A stretch of 63,276 nucleotides of DNA, filler included, from Globobulimina sp. (Eukaryota): NCBI GenBank assembly GCA_003354225.1. It is 52 parts of 52 records of this genome, joined end to end, with 100 filler letters (N's around TTAATTAATTAA, not from the genome) between each part and the next. Parts side by side here need not be neighbours in the genome. Positions count along the whole stretch, not along the records: positions 36,581 to 37,698 come from PIVH01023028.1; positions 37,799 to 38,916 come from PIVH01023029.1; positions 39,017 to 40,134 come from PIVH01023030.1; positions 40,235 to 41,352 come from PIVH01023031.1; positions 41,453 to 42,570 come from PIVH01023032.1; positions 42,671 to 43,788 come from PIVH01023033.1; positions 43,889 to 45,006 come from PIVH01023034.1; positions 45,107 to 46,224 come from PIVH01023035.1; 44 more parts are not named here. The stretch is one strand, 5' to 3'. Both the position numbers and the translations under genes were made by a program. This document shows, piece after piece, positions 36,581-48,550 of the stretch. Under the pieces are notes generated by a model that worked only from the letters and a program-made list of their open reading frames with translations, was not told the origin of the DNA and did no database searches. Every line of letters starts with the position of its first letter. Position 1 is the first letter of the stretch.

Positions 36581-37698
36581 CTTCAAATTCCTTTTTTTAT
36601 CAACATTGGCATGCGCAGCTTTCACTAATTTCAGCGACAAGGACGAGTTCCCCGTCGCCTTTCCGTTCCAAAATGTCAACTGATACTCGGCTTCGACCTC
36701 TTCCGCCATCCACTTATTGTCCAACAACGGGCCATCTGCGCCACTGCCAATGGCGTTGACCTTCTCCTTCAGAAACACCACCGATAGGTATTGGTCTTCG
36801 TTGCGCAGCAACTTGTTACTGATCTGCATGGCGTCGTGGCGCAACAACGCCAGCATACAATCCAAATGGTCCACGGGTACACGGGGCTCATTGTCGAAGG
36901 TACTCAGCAACTTCCAGTAGCCCAACGAAGCGGGGTATAACTTCAATTTCTTTTTCGTCCACATCGCCCAATCACACTCAAAGCTCACATCGATGCACTT
37001 AATGATGAGGTTCAGACACTGCAGACCGGGCACATTCCGTTGCTTGAACTCAAAGTAATCCATAAACGTGTACGCATTCATATTGATCTTGTGTTTGCCG
37101 TTGAAGATCTCCGAATATGTACTGGGCCGAATGTAGAAGGTCCACCGCGTTTTGTCTCCCTTTTCCACGGCGGGCACATGCTGCAGTACGGCCACGTAAT
37201 ATTGCTTCACTACGTCGTATTTCTCCACATGCAAATGCTTCAATAGCTTGTTTTTGAGCTGCAATGGTGGCACTTTCATACACCACGTGTCATCGTCGAT
37301 GAATTCCTCCGCAGCCTCGGTTTTTTTGCTGTACTTCAACGGCTCACAGAAGTGGTTGAAGAGGCCGGAGGTCAACGACTCGTTTCCCACCGATTTATGG
37401 ATGGTTTTCAAGCCCGGCGAGCCGAAATAAGGCAGGATTATGGATAAGATGTAGCGGTCCGACTCGGAGAGTATATATTTATCCAATCCTTCTTTGTTTT
37501 TGGTGGTCTTTTTCTTGGGCGCTGCGTGTTGTTTATTTTCTTGCTTTTTTAACTCTCTGTATTTAATGCGTCGTTTCACCACATCTTTGACGTAATATTT
37601 GAGCGACAATGCGATGAAATCAGCCACAGTTTGCTCAGAGATGCTGTTTCGAATAATCTTATCGTCGATTTTATCCTTGAGGCAAATCTCAAATAAGT
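36581..37698 (-). CDS. Hypothetical protein (partial)
   Basis: Near contig-long ORF, GC3-rich. Confidence 0.65.
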
Positions 37699-37979
37699 NN
37701 NNNNNNNNNNNNNNNNNNNNNNNNNNNNNNNNNNNNNNNNNNTTAATTAATTAANNNNNNNNNNNNNNNNNNNNNNNNNNNNNNNNNNNNNNNNNNNNAA
37801 ATTTGCGGAAAAAAACGTCACTCAAAATAAAATTCCCTGCCCTTTTAAAAAAGTCAACAAAGTCTACAATAATTCAAAAAAAAGAACACAGCAAATACAA
37901 CAACACAAATATGCATTCCCAGTGTCAAACAGAGAGCAATATAAACCCATGTATGACCTGTTACAAATTAAATAAAATG

Positions 37980-38735
37980 TCAAATATCGTGAATCAAATC
38001 AATTTCTATATCAAATATCATAATTTGGTGTACATGTTTCCTTAACAGATACATCCAATGCACAGAACTTAGCAATTCCAAATAACAAACCAGTGCTTTA
38101 TTTCCATCATCATTTGAATATGTATTAATTCCAAAGTCATTTGATTCTGCAGTATTATCATTATTATTATTCATCTGTGTTACATCATATTTTTTCATTG
38201 CATTAGCCAGTGCATATTGATCATTATCTGATTCATCCTCAACCTCCACCTGATTCCCATTGTACCCATCCATCTGTTTAGCTGCGCATACTTGACACAA
38301 ATCAAATCCATATCGGTGTTGTGTTGTGATGCCTTTATCACAATGGAATATACTCTCTGTTCCGCTGATTATTTCCATACATTCATCGCATATCACCTGG
38401 CTATCATTGCCATACACTCGATTTGGGGTCGTTTCTGTTAAAAAATTATTACAAATGCATATTATTCTCGGTTTCCTAATTCTGATCCTCCTCTTTCTTG
38501 ACTTTCGAAGGTTATGTGAATGCTGAATGGCTTCCTTTAATTTCCTTAATTTATCAACATTTGAAATATCAAATCTTAATCTTTTTTTGTTTCCATACAT
38601 CTCAAATCCGCTATGTGTTAATACGTCAATAACAACTTGCGGATCTTTTAGTTTTTTAGATAACCTATGAACGCTGATGTTGTGGTACTTGATATTTTCT
38701 GTATCATTCAGAATGTTATTGCTCAGGAATTTCAA
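37980..38735 (-). CDS. ZZ-like zinc-finger protein (exon)
   Basis: VICDEC...IFHC...HRYGFDLCQVC. Confidence 0.65.
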   Translation of the reverse strand: MKFLSNNILNDTENIKYHNISVHRLSKKLKDPQVVIDVLTHSGFEMYGNKKRLRFDISNVDKLRKLKEAIQHSHNLRKSRKRRIRIRKPRIICICNNFLTETTPNRVYGNDSQVICDECMEIISGTESIFHCDKGITTQHRYGFDLCQVCAAKQMDGYNGNQVEVEDESDNDQYALANAMKKYDVTQMNNNNDNTAESNDFGINTYSNDDGNKALVCYLELLSSVHWMYLLRKHVHQIMIFDIEIDLIHDI

Positions 38736-39016
38736 TAATTTCGTGTAAGATTTGTTGCTTATAATATTTGACAGTTAGTATAATGTTTTAATTTGCAAAT
38801 TACAAACATTAAAACAAAACATACCAACTTGATAGTAACGTGTGTAAAGATTGCGTGTTGAATGATTGCTTAATGTCTTGTTGTTTTTGTGACATTGTCA
38901 CATACAAAAGATATATNNNNNNNNNNNNNNNNNNNNNNNNNNNNNNNNNNNNNNNNNNNNTTAATTAATTAANNNNNNNNNNNNNNNNNNNNNNNNNNNN
39001 NNNNNNNNNNNNNNNN

Positions 39017-40134
39017 TAATGCAATCCATGCTACCTCATTCAAGACATTGTATTTCATGATATATTCAAATCCCTTTTCTAAAATGCCTTTACGTGACAT
39101 ACAGTCAATTAAAACACTCATTATATATTCACCATATTTGATATCATCATTTTTTATTTGAGACTCCCAAATATTTATTGCTTCATCAACATTCCCACTA
39201 TGACTGTATGCATTGATTAAATGAATATATGTTTTTCTATCCGGATTACCCATTCCATCAAATATTTGTTTTGCTTTAATCACATTGCCATTAACACCGT
39301 ATGCATGAATCATTGCATTCAAAATCGTATTTTCATTTTTATTGTTGCTTAAATTGAATATTTCTTCACATTCATCCAATGCTCCACATTTTCCATACAT
39401 ATTTATCAACACTGTCTCAATTTCAGCATGGTTTAATATCCAATGTTTGTTGACATCATATTTTAATGAGTTGTGAACTTCCGTACCATCGGAGTGCTCA
39501 TCAGGGCCTATCGATGAAAGTATGATTGTATAAAAAATTATGTCATGTTTAAGATGTGCAAAGTTCAAATATTTTCGAAATAATTTCATGGATTCTTCAT
39601 GCTTATTGTTTTTCGAATACATATCCATCATACAATTTATAATCACAATATTTTTATTTTCATCATCTATAGAATTGAATATATTCAATGCATTTGGAAT
39701 ATCCATAAAAGTGCCATACATATTAATCAATGAGGTAATTACGGCCATATTAGACAAGTCAATATCTGATAAATTATTTAAATGAATCATTATTCCCTTT
39801 CTCTCGTCACCCATATTTGTTACTGATTTCATTGCCAAAATATGTAATTGAATCAGATGCATTTTATTATTAATTGTATTGTTGTTGTTGTCATACAGCA
39901 ACAAGGCCTCTTCATTATAATTGTTATCAATATATGCCTTCATTAGACTCATTACGCACAAACTATCCTGTTGCCATTGATTGGTTGCAATTGAATTAAA
40001 TGTATTGACTGCAGATGAAATATCACCAAACTCTCCGTAAAATTCGATTAATCCATTTTTTACTTTTATATCGATATCTGTACAATGTTTGATTTTGTCG
40101 CAAATATCAACGCCTTTGGTAAATTGCTTTGTTT
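39017..40134 (-). CDS. Pentatricopeptide repeat protein, PLS-like (partial at both ends)
   Basis: Repeated LINMYGKCG.L..A..IF, NAMIHAYGVNG, LINAYSHSG.VDEA, VLIDCMSRKG, NEVAWIAL. Confidence 0.92.
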
Positions 40135-40234
40135 NNNNNNNNNNNNNNNNNNNNNNNNNNNNNNNNNNNNNNNNNNNNTTAATTAATTAANNNNNNNNNN
40201 NNNNNNNNNNNNNNNNNNNNNNNNNNNNNNNNNN

Positions 40235-41352
40235 TAATTTCTTTGCAAACGAGGCTTTCATAGTTGGCCATCCATTATGATGCCGGGTCACTGCCTTTTC
40301 ATTTCTAAACGCTTCTAAACCACCAGCCATCGTCCCGTAGTCACAAGACACATTGAACAGAGCGACTTCGATTGGATGTTTGACCTCCATATTGTTAATA
40401 TTCTCACATCTCACACGTATTAATTGTGAATAATTTATAAATGCCATCTGTCCCAAATATACATTATAATATCTATCAAATTTAAATATCTCCTCAAACT
40501 CCAACTTATTTCGTATTTTCGCTCTTTTGAGCAGTTCATTCACACATTCAACACGGAAAATATCCACACCTTCCACCCGTTTGTGCCGATAATATGCCAC
40601 ACAATAATCCGTTTCATATATCTCATTGGCATCCTGTTGCATGATATCATAGCCTAAATATCCGAGATCTGCATCACTTAAAAAAACCGCCTTCGCGGAG
40701 TTAAAATGAGTTAAATAATTATGTGCGATGTTTTTTTTCTTGCACTCGCCATGCATGATATAGCTATGAAATAGAAAATCAATGTTCCGTTTATTATTTG
40801 CGTCGCTATTCAGTATAAAATATAATATTGCTATGCGTTGTGGGTGCATAATATCGTCCATATCAAAGAAGCCCACATACTCTGTAATGTCATAATTTAT
40901 TTGCGACTGCCCATAATTCCTATTTTGTGCTGCATTCATACTGGTGTTGTAATGGTAAAATATGCGTAATCTGCGGCTGTTGTGCTGTAAAAATGTGTCA
41001 ATATAATATTGCAATGTGGTGGTTATGTTTAGAATTTGCGGGTAATGCTCCGGTGTTATACTCATTGATATTATCACTTCTGACGGGAAATAAATGTTGT
41101 TCACGTTGCGGTTGCTCCCATTCATGCGCTTCTTTTTGGGCTCGAAATCTATTTGAGAGAGATAAATATTATGCAAAATACGGTCCAGATATCGAAGGGT
41201 GTATCGATTGAAGTATGAGGGGATTATAATTCCTATATTTGTGTATATTATTTGTTTTCTATTGTTCAGATCGGGACTGTCAAAGGTATTGGAATATATA
41301 TTGTGGTCAAGGTGGTCATTGTCAAAGATGATATCGTTGAGGCAATGAAAGC
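40235..41352 (-). CDS. GT-A fold glycosyltransferase (GT2-like), partial
   Basis: IGIIIPSY upstream of the tracked start, NAAQNRNYG, YVGFFDMDDIMHPQRI (DxD). Confidence 0.75.
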
Positions 41353-41452
41353 NNNNNNNNNNNNNNNNNNNNNNNNNNNNNNNNNNNNNNNNNNNNTTAA
41401 TTAATTAANNNNNNNNNNNNNNNNNNNNNNNNNNNNNNNNNNNNNNNNNNNN

Positions 41453-42570
41453 AAGGCGCAGGAGAATGTGGTGGGCCATTTGGTGGAGACGAATGAGTGG
41501 TTATTTAGCGCGTTGCAGAGTACTTTGCAGACCGGAGGGCCCACGTTGGCTACGGCGAGTATATCGAGTCACAATTTGCCGGGCTTGAAATGATATATAT
41601 TGTGGTGCTGACTTGTGGTGTTTTTTTGTTGTTGTTGTATTGTGAATTTTATATTGTTTTTCTTTTTTTGTTTTGTTATAAAATTACATTCGCATAATTT
41701 ATGTTCATATTTTATATTTTTTCAGTTGAGGTTTTAACTTTTAATCGAGGTTTTTTTGGCTATTGAAAATAATGTCACTAGCAACTGTTCTTGCATTTAT
41801 AACAATAATCTGGCTTATTATCTGTATTTGTTGTAATGTTTGTTTTTCAGTTTGAAACTTTTTTGAATTCATTCAGTTTGAAACTGTATCATTTTAACAA
41901 AGGCAGAGATGGATAGCATGGGATATGGCGGCGGCGGGTACGGAGTCGACGCGTCGTTCGAGTCTAGCAACAAAATGAAAGGCAAAGACATCTCTCATTT
42001 GAAAAAGTCAGTGTTGGACAAGTTGGCGTATTTGGACGAAGAGTCGGATGACGACTTCGGTGAATTGGACGACATGTTTGTGACGGGAATGGGTGACAGT
42101 TTGGAGGCGGATTTGGAGAAAGAGTTAAATTTGGCGTTCCGCAAAGATCGCAAAGGCGGCGCGGCCAAATTGTTGCAAGACGCGGTCGGCGTGGATTACG
42201 ACGCGGAGACTGAGGAGAAATTGTACAACGACATGGATATGGACGACTTGGTGGCGCATTTGGACGATACTTTGGCGATGGCGGATATGGAGATTGATGA
42301 CATCGGGGCGCAGCAGCAGGCCATGGCGATGATGTTGGACGACCAAATCAATCTGGATTTCGAGAATATGAACACTGAGGAGGTGGTGCAACATGTGGAG
42401 GAGACGTGGACGGAGATCGAGGAGAATAAGGAGGAGCAGGAAGTGCTTAAAAAGGCGCAGGAGAATGTGGTGGGCCATTTGGTGGAGACGAATGAGTGGT
42501 TATTTAGCGCGTTGCAGAGTACTTTGCAGACCGGAGGGCCCACGTTGGCTACGGCGAGTATATCGAGTCA
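41453..42570. repeat. Self-closing contig: 999-bp unit with 119-nt terminal direct repeat
   Basis: 41453-41571 identical to 42452-42570. Confidence 0.96.
41909..42570 (+). CDS. Highly acidic hypothetical protein, 227 aa once wrapped (stop at 41591-41593)
   Basis: GC3-rich ORF continues in frame through the junction to ...SSHNLPGLK*. Confidence 0.8.
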
Positions 42571-42670
42571 NNNNNNNNNNNNNNNNNNNNNNNNNNNNNN
42601 NNNNNNNNNNNNNNTTAATTAATTAANNNNNNNNNNNNNNNNNNNNNNNNNNNNNNNNNNNNNNNNNNNN

Positions 42671-43788
42671 AGTAAATTACTTTGTTTTTATCAGTGTCGT
42701 TCTCTCCGATTTTGATTGCTTGCAAGAAATATATTTTTGCGTTTTTATTATCCTTTTGTCGAAAGTACGCATTTGCCAATTTGTTCATTGTTAATATGTC
42801 TTTTTTGTGTTGTTTTAAATGCAAAATATAATATTTTATGACAGCAACATCGTTTTCTAAATTTTCATAACAAATTGACAACATTTCATAGATACTGGAC
42901 GGCGCATTTTGATCTTCTTTATTTTGCTGATCACTCAACAACTTTTCGCCAATTTTAATGGCTTTTTTATAATAAATATTCGATTTTGATTGATCTTTAT
43001 CGTAAACCCTGAAAATCAATGTTTTTATAATTAACATTTTGAGAAAAAAAGGATGAAAATAGAAAAAATGCATTTTTTAAAATGCATTCCATTCATATTT
43101 GAATAGCACTGCGATGTTTTTCTATTTTCCTCCAAAATAACACTGATACAAACCTCAGCAACTCCGCATATTCGAAATTATATTCAAATACATTGTCATC
43201 GATATTGAACAACTTATCCAAACACAAAATGGCATTGTCATAATCCTCAATTTCTATATAACAGTCTTTCAAAATCATGACAATTCCCACATTCTCCGCT
43301 TCATAATTCGTCAAATATATCTTCAAATATTTGATCGCCATTTCAAAATCACGCAGCATGCGATAACAATCAATGATGGTCAATACAACATCTTCGTCGT
43401 CTGAGCCGCCCACTGACTTCAACGCCAAATCCAAAGCTTTCTGGTAATAAACAGCCGCATTTTCCTTTTCCTGCTCATTCTGCAAAGCATCGCATTCTTT
43501 TCGCTCCAAAGCCTCCAATCCACGTTTATGTTTTTCATAATTCCGCACAAACTCTGCATAGTTGAAATAGCTCAAATAATTCTGCGGTTTCACTGCGATG
43601 ATTTCCTGATAGCAAATCCTTGCTTGTTCGAAGTCTTTCAACTTTGTGTACAGTCCGCCCATTCGCGCATAGATCCATTCCAAAGTATTGATTTTGTTGT
43701 CGTTATCCACCGCATTCCGATAATATTCGATGGCTTTCTCATCATTCACGTCTTCATAACAAAACGCAATCTGATCCATGTACATATT
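42671..43788 (-). CDS. TPR-repeat protein (partial, one intron ~43010-43153)
   Basis: Repeated A..YY.KA, FEQARICYQ, YFNYAE helices. Confidence 0.85.
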
Positions 43789-43888
43789 NNNNNNNNNNNN
43801 NNNNNNNNNNNNNNNNNNNNNNNNNNNNNNNNTTAATTAATTAANNNNNNNNNNNNNNNNNNNNNNNNNNNNNNNNNNNNNNNNNNNN

Positions 43889-44670
43889 AAAACAAATTAA
43901 TTGAGGGAATTAATAGCTTTGAAAAAGATATCGATGGATTTCAACGGGAAATTAATGAAAGAGACAGTACGATCGGCGAAAAAAATAAAATGATTCAACA
44001 GGTCGAGAAAAAAAATCAAGAATTAGAAAAATTCAAATTTGTGTTAGATTATAAAATACATGAATTAGATCGACAAATTAAACCAAGAGAACAATGTATC
44101 AATGAAATAAATAAACAAATCTGTGAAATGAATAACGAATCAAGCAAATATTTATCAAACAATCACTATTTAAAATTAAATGTAAAAGAGTTAAAATTAA
44201 AATTAAAATGCTTACAAAATCAATTAGTGGTTGAAAATAAAAATATAAATTCGTTAATCTCTGTTATTAAAGTTATCGGTCATCAGTTATTATTGATTGA
44301 TAAGAATGCCAATGATAACCACAATCATATTAAAAAAGGTATTATCGACTTGTATAATAATAATAATACGAATAAAGATACGGACCAACACGAAGAATTT
44401 CAAAGACATAGAAATTATTTGGAGCGTAATGTGCAGGGTTTGCAGGATAAATTGGTTAAAGATTCCACACTTTTTAAGAAAAATTCTATAAGAATTAGAC
44501 AAGAAAATGTTGCTTTAATTAAAGAAATTAATCAATTACGAAAAGAAATTTCTTTCACGAAAAATAATAATAAGAATGAGAATACTTTGAAAAATCAAAT
44601 AAAAGAAAATCAAAATGAAATTGATAAACTCATTCAACTTAAAGACAAATTGCAATCAACCAATCAATAA
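43889..44670 (+). CDS. CFAP57: Cilia- and flagella-associated protein 57 (WDR65), C-terminal coiled coil
   Basis: KKNQELEKFKFVLDYKI.EL..QI.PRE; R.R.YLERNV; QENVALIKEINQLRKE. Confidence 0.85.
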
Positions 44671-45444
44671 TGAATTGTACAATGATGTTTTGTTTATTAT
44701 TTAAATATTTATTATGTAGTGGGAGAACAATTATATTTTTGAGTTCTTTTTCTTGAAACTTCCGTGGGACATCTCTCAAATCAATCTATAGAGTCTCTCG
44801 AATTACTTTGTGATAACTTGCAGAGTAACGTCTGTTTTACAAGTGTCTGTGCGTGCAATACACCCTACATTGGGTAAAATGCGTGAAGGTAAACAATCAT
44901 ACTCATTAACAAGATGGCCTAAACAGCAAAATTTCAGCAGTTTAAAAATCCCTAAATATTACAAAAAATTGGAAAAATACAAAAAAAAAATTGGCCAGGA
45001 CAAGAANNNNNNNNNNNNNNNNNNNNNNNNNNNNNNNNNNNNNNNNNNNNTTAATTAATTAANNNNNNNNNNNNNNNNNNNNNNNNNNNNNNNNNNNNNN
45101 NNNNNNTGAAATTATGGTATACACAAAATTACACGGATTAGGTAGTTTATTTATGGATAGTGCCAAATATAAAATATGTACAAGATATAAAAAGGTAACG
45201 TTTTTACGAAAAGAGCCAGTTCATAGTCTTCGTCATCTAAATCAGATTGCAAAATTTCCAAACAATATGCATCGTAATAATATAGTTGGCGTATACCACT
45301 GCGTCTGAATCATTGTCAGCATCAAATGTCCAACCGAGGGATCTGACATCCGAGAAATAATACGAGAAAAATTTAAATTTAGCCAACACAAAACAAAACA
45401 AAAATAAGTTATACAACATCAAAAAAGAAAAATAATTTATTTGT

Positions 45445-46224
45445 TTACGATTTGATTTGATTTTTAACCTTTTCTTGTGCTTTTTTAATCCTTTGCGGAT
45501 CGCCCAAAAACAGCCCAGTTAATGGTTGAACCGCTTTTTTATTTTTAATAATCCTCAAATTTTTGTCAAACTCATAAACCAAAGGTATTCCAGTCGGTAT
45601 TTCCAACGAAGGAATAATTTCATCACTGATATCATCCAAATATTTGACAATGGCCCGGATAGAATTTCCATGCGCCGCAATTAAGATACTTTTGCCGTCT
45701 TCCAATTGTGACTTAATATCGCTCTTCCAAAAAGGCAAAACTCTCTCAATCACATCCTTCAAACACTCAGTCCGTGGAATATCTTTTTTCTTCAACTTTT
45801 TATACTTTTTATCCTTGGCCGGGTTGTACTTGCTCTTCGCCTCGATTTTAGGCGGAGGAATATCGAAACTTCGCCGCCATTTCAATACCTGCTCCGCGCC
45901 ATATTTCTGAACCGTTTTCACCTTATTCAGACCCTGCAAACCTCCGTACATTCGCTCGTTTAATCGCCACGTGCAGACCACGGGAATGTATAACTGATCA
46001 ATCACTTCCAACACCATGTTGCCAGTCATGATGGCGCGCCGCAAATACGACGTATACATAATATCGAAGATATAGCCGGCTTTCAGCAGCTCCATACCGC
46101 CTTGCAACGCTTCCTCGCGACCCAAGTCCGTCAATCCCACATCGACCCAACCGGTAAACCGATTGCTCGCATTCCACTCAGATTGGCCATGCCGAATGAA
46201 TACTAACTGTGCATGCGGTGACTG
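45445..46224 (-). CDS. gpmA: 2,3-BPG-dependent phosphoglycerate mutase (5' truncated)
   Basis: IRHGQSEWN...RFTGWVDV, WRLNERMYGGLQG, WRRSFD, AAHGNSIRA, IPTGIPLVYE. Confidence 0.97.
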   Translation of the reverse strand, partial: QSPHAQLVFIRHGQSEWNASNRFTGWVDVGLTDLGREEALQGGMELLKAGYIFDIMYTSYLRRAIMTGNMVLEVIDQLYIPVVCTWRLNERMYGGLQGLNKVKTVQKYGAEQVLKWRRSFDIPPPKIEAKSKYNPAKDKKYKKLKKKDIPRTECLKDVIERVLPFWKSDIKSQLEDGKSILIAAHGNSIRAIVKYLDDISDEIIPSLEIPTGIPLVYEFDKNLRIIKNKKAVQPLTGLFLGDPQRIKKAQEKVKNQIKS

Positions 46225-46324
46225 NNNNNNNNNNNNNNNNNNNNNNNNNNNNNNNNNNNNNNNNNNNNTTAATTAATTAANNNNNNNNNNNNNNNNNNNN
46301 NNNNNNNNNNNNNNNNNNNNNNNN

Positions 46325-46621
46325 GGTCGCTTAGCTCGTTATTTGCGGAAAGGAGGTTATTCCAAAAGAGTTGGTGGTGCGGCACCAGTTTATATGGCAG
46401 CTGTTTTAGAATATATTGTGGCCGAAGTATTGGAATTGGCCGGTAATGCTGCCAAAGATAACAAGAAATTGCGAATTATCCCAAGACATATCCAGTTAGC
46501 TGTTCGTAATGACGATGAATTGAACCAGTTCTTTGGAAATGCTATTATTGCGTCAGGCGGTGTCTTACCAAATATTAATGCCGCATTATTGCCAGAAAAA
46601 AAAGGAAAAAAGAAAAACTAA
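46325..46621 (+). CDS. H2A: Histone H2A (5' truncated)
   Basis: [47 protein letters not shown]. Confidence 0.98.
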   Translation, partial: GRLARYLRKGGYSKRVGGAAPVYMAAVLEYIVAEVLELAGNAAKDNKKLRIIPRHIQLAVRNDDELNQFFGNAIIASGGVLPNINAALLPEKKGKKKN

Positions 46622-46668
46622 TTAATGCGGCATATAATATTTATTTAATATTTTTTTATTTTTTACCA

Positions 46669-46684
46669 GGTGTTTTTCAACACC
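46669..46684 (+). promoter_or_regulatory. Histone mRNA 3' stem-loop
   Basis: GGTGTT-TTTC-AACACC followed by ACCA, 47 nt after the H2A stop. Confidence 0.88.
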
Positions 46685-47330
46685 ACCAATTTCAGAATAT
46701 TATATTATTCAATTTGAGATCTGTAATTAAATGATTTGTATGCTTAGTATCTGTAATCTGTATACATTTGATGATTGATGATTGATGATTGATTTTACTG
46801 TGGCTTGCAATTTTTCACATGAAAATCAAAAACATGGCACATACCCTCCATGTACATCAGATAGCACACTTTCAAGTCAGTTTGATCGAATATAACAAAT
46901 GTCGGTGTTGGCGCTAAATTATATTTATTAAATTATGGAGTGGATAGTTTATCAATTGAAGGATGTACAATCGATGGTGTTGCATACAGTGAAACTTAAT
47001 TGATATCATATGATATGATATAGAATATGATGGTGTAGATCCACGTGGATGTTGGATGTTATTCAGAATGGATTAATTTAATATTAATTCAAATGAGACA
47101 CCAACTTACCGAGTTGTGATTGATTTATTTTTGGAAGCTAGGCGGCGAAGTGACCAATAAAATAGAAATTCGTTTCTAATTATTGATGAGCAACATATTG
47201 GGAATTCTGATATAATATGTCATGTATTTGTCGATCTAATGATTTCTTCACCAAAACAACATCAATCTCTTTCATTCATATTAATATTAATAATTCCGAT
47301 TTGCTTTAATCAATTTATTAATTATCAATA

Positions 47331-47442
47331 ATGTCCGGTCGTGGTAAAGGAGGCAAAGGTTTGGGAAAAGGCGGTGCCAAACGTTTCAGAAAAGGAGGAA
47401 AAGGAAATATTGCAGGAATTACAAAACCAGCCATCAGACGTT
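47331..47442 (+). CDS. H4: Histone H4, divergent N-terminal tail (3' truncated)
   Basis: [37 protein letters not shown]. Confidence 0.95.
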
Positions 47443-47572
47443 NNNNNNNNNNNNNNNNNNNNNNNNNNNNNNNNNNNNNNNNNNNNTTAATTAATTAANN
47501 NNNNNNNNNNNNNNNNNNNNNNNNNNNNNNNNNNNNNNNNNNGAAAAAAGGAAAATTTGTATTTGGCGAACG

Positions 47573-48550
47573 ATGTCCTTTTGTAAATTGTTACTAAGTA
47601 TTGTTAGTTTGTGGGATATTGCAACGTGTTACCCAGGAGAGGTCATCTACAGCTGTTATAATAACGTTCCTCAAATACATTTATCGTTTGACGATGCAAT
47701 TACTTTTCCACAAACGGAAAATATATTAAATGTATTAAAACAATTTAATTTAACTGCAACATTCTATGTTTTAACGTCATTGATAACACCACAAAATTAT
47801 GCTGACACACAAACAATAATAGAAAGAATGAAAAATGAAGGACATTTAATTGGCAATCACGGACATAATCATTATAATTTAATACATTTAAATGAAACAG
47901 AAATGAAGTATGAAATTGATACAAGCACAGCAATATTAACAGAATTGTTAGGATATAAACCATCAACATTTCGACCACCGTATGGTGGTATTTCTGAAAA
48001 TATTAAACATTATTTAAAAATAAATGGATATACCATCGTTTTATGGGATGTTGGAAATGTCGATTGGTATTATAATAATTCCATATTAAGCAACCAGGCG
48101 TATTGCAGTATGGTTCCATCAATGGGCGGAATATTTGTATTTCATAATGACTATCAAGGAATAGATGATGCCAATGGATTAACGCAATTAATTAAAATAT
48201 TAAATACCGATTATGCGGAGGCTAACTTTACTCCACCTTTTATTGTTCCTAATTCTCCGTATTTTCCCTATGTCTCATTGTTACAATGCATTAATAGAAC
48301 CAATATTAATCATATACCTTCTCATTATATCATAAATAATCAAAATAATGCCATTAATGTTAATATATTTATTGTTTCAATTATTATTACTGCAGTTATT
48401 GCATTTGTGTTTGGATATTATTTACGAAGTAAATACAAGTTAGTTACAAAAATTGCTTTGTTATGTTGTTCTAATACTAATTGGTGCTTCAGAAATGGTA
48501 AAAAAAATGGTAAACAATATGACGAATTAAGACCGTTGACAAAACTTTAA
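47573..48550 (+). CDS. CE4/NodB polysaccharide (chitin-type) deacetylase with signal peptide and C-terminal TM
   Basis: SFDD, HGHNH, RPPYG, LWDVGNVDW, VFHN motifs. Confidence 0.92.
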   Translation: MSFCKLLLSIVSLWDIATCYPGEVIYSCYNNVPQIHLSFDDAITFPQTENILNVLKQFNLTATFYVLTSLITPQNYADTQTIIERMKNEGHLIGNHGHNHYNLIHLNETEMKYEIDTSTAILTELLGYKPSTFRPPYGGISENIKHYLKINGYTIVLWDVGNVDWYYNNSILSNQAYCSMVPSMGGIFVFHNDYQGIDDANGLTQLIKILNTDYAEANFTPPFIVPNSPYFPYVSLLQCINRTNINHIPSHYIINNQNNAINVNIFIVSIIITAVIAFVFGYYLRSKYKLVTKIALLCCSNTNWCFRNGKKNGKQYDELRPLTKL

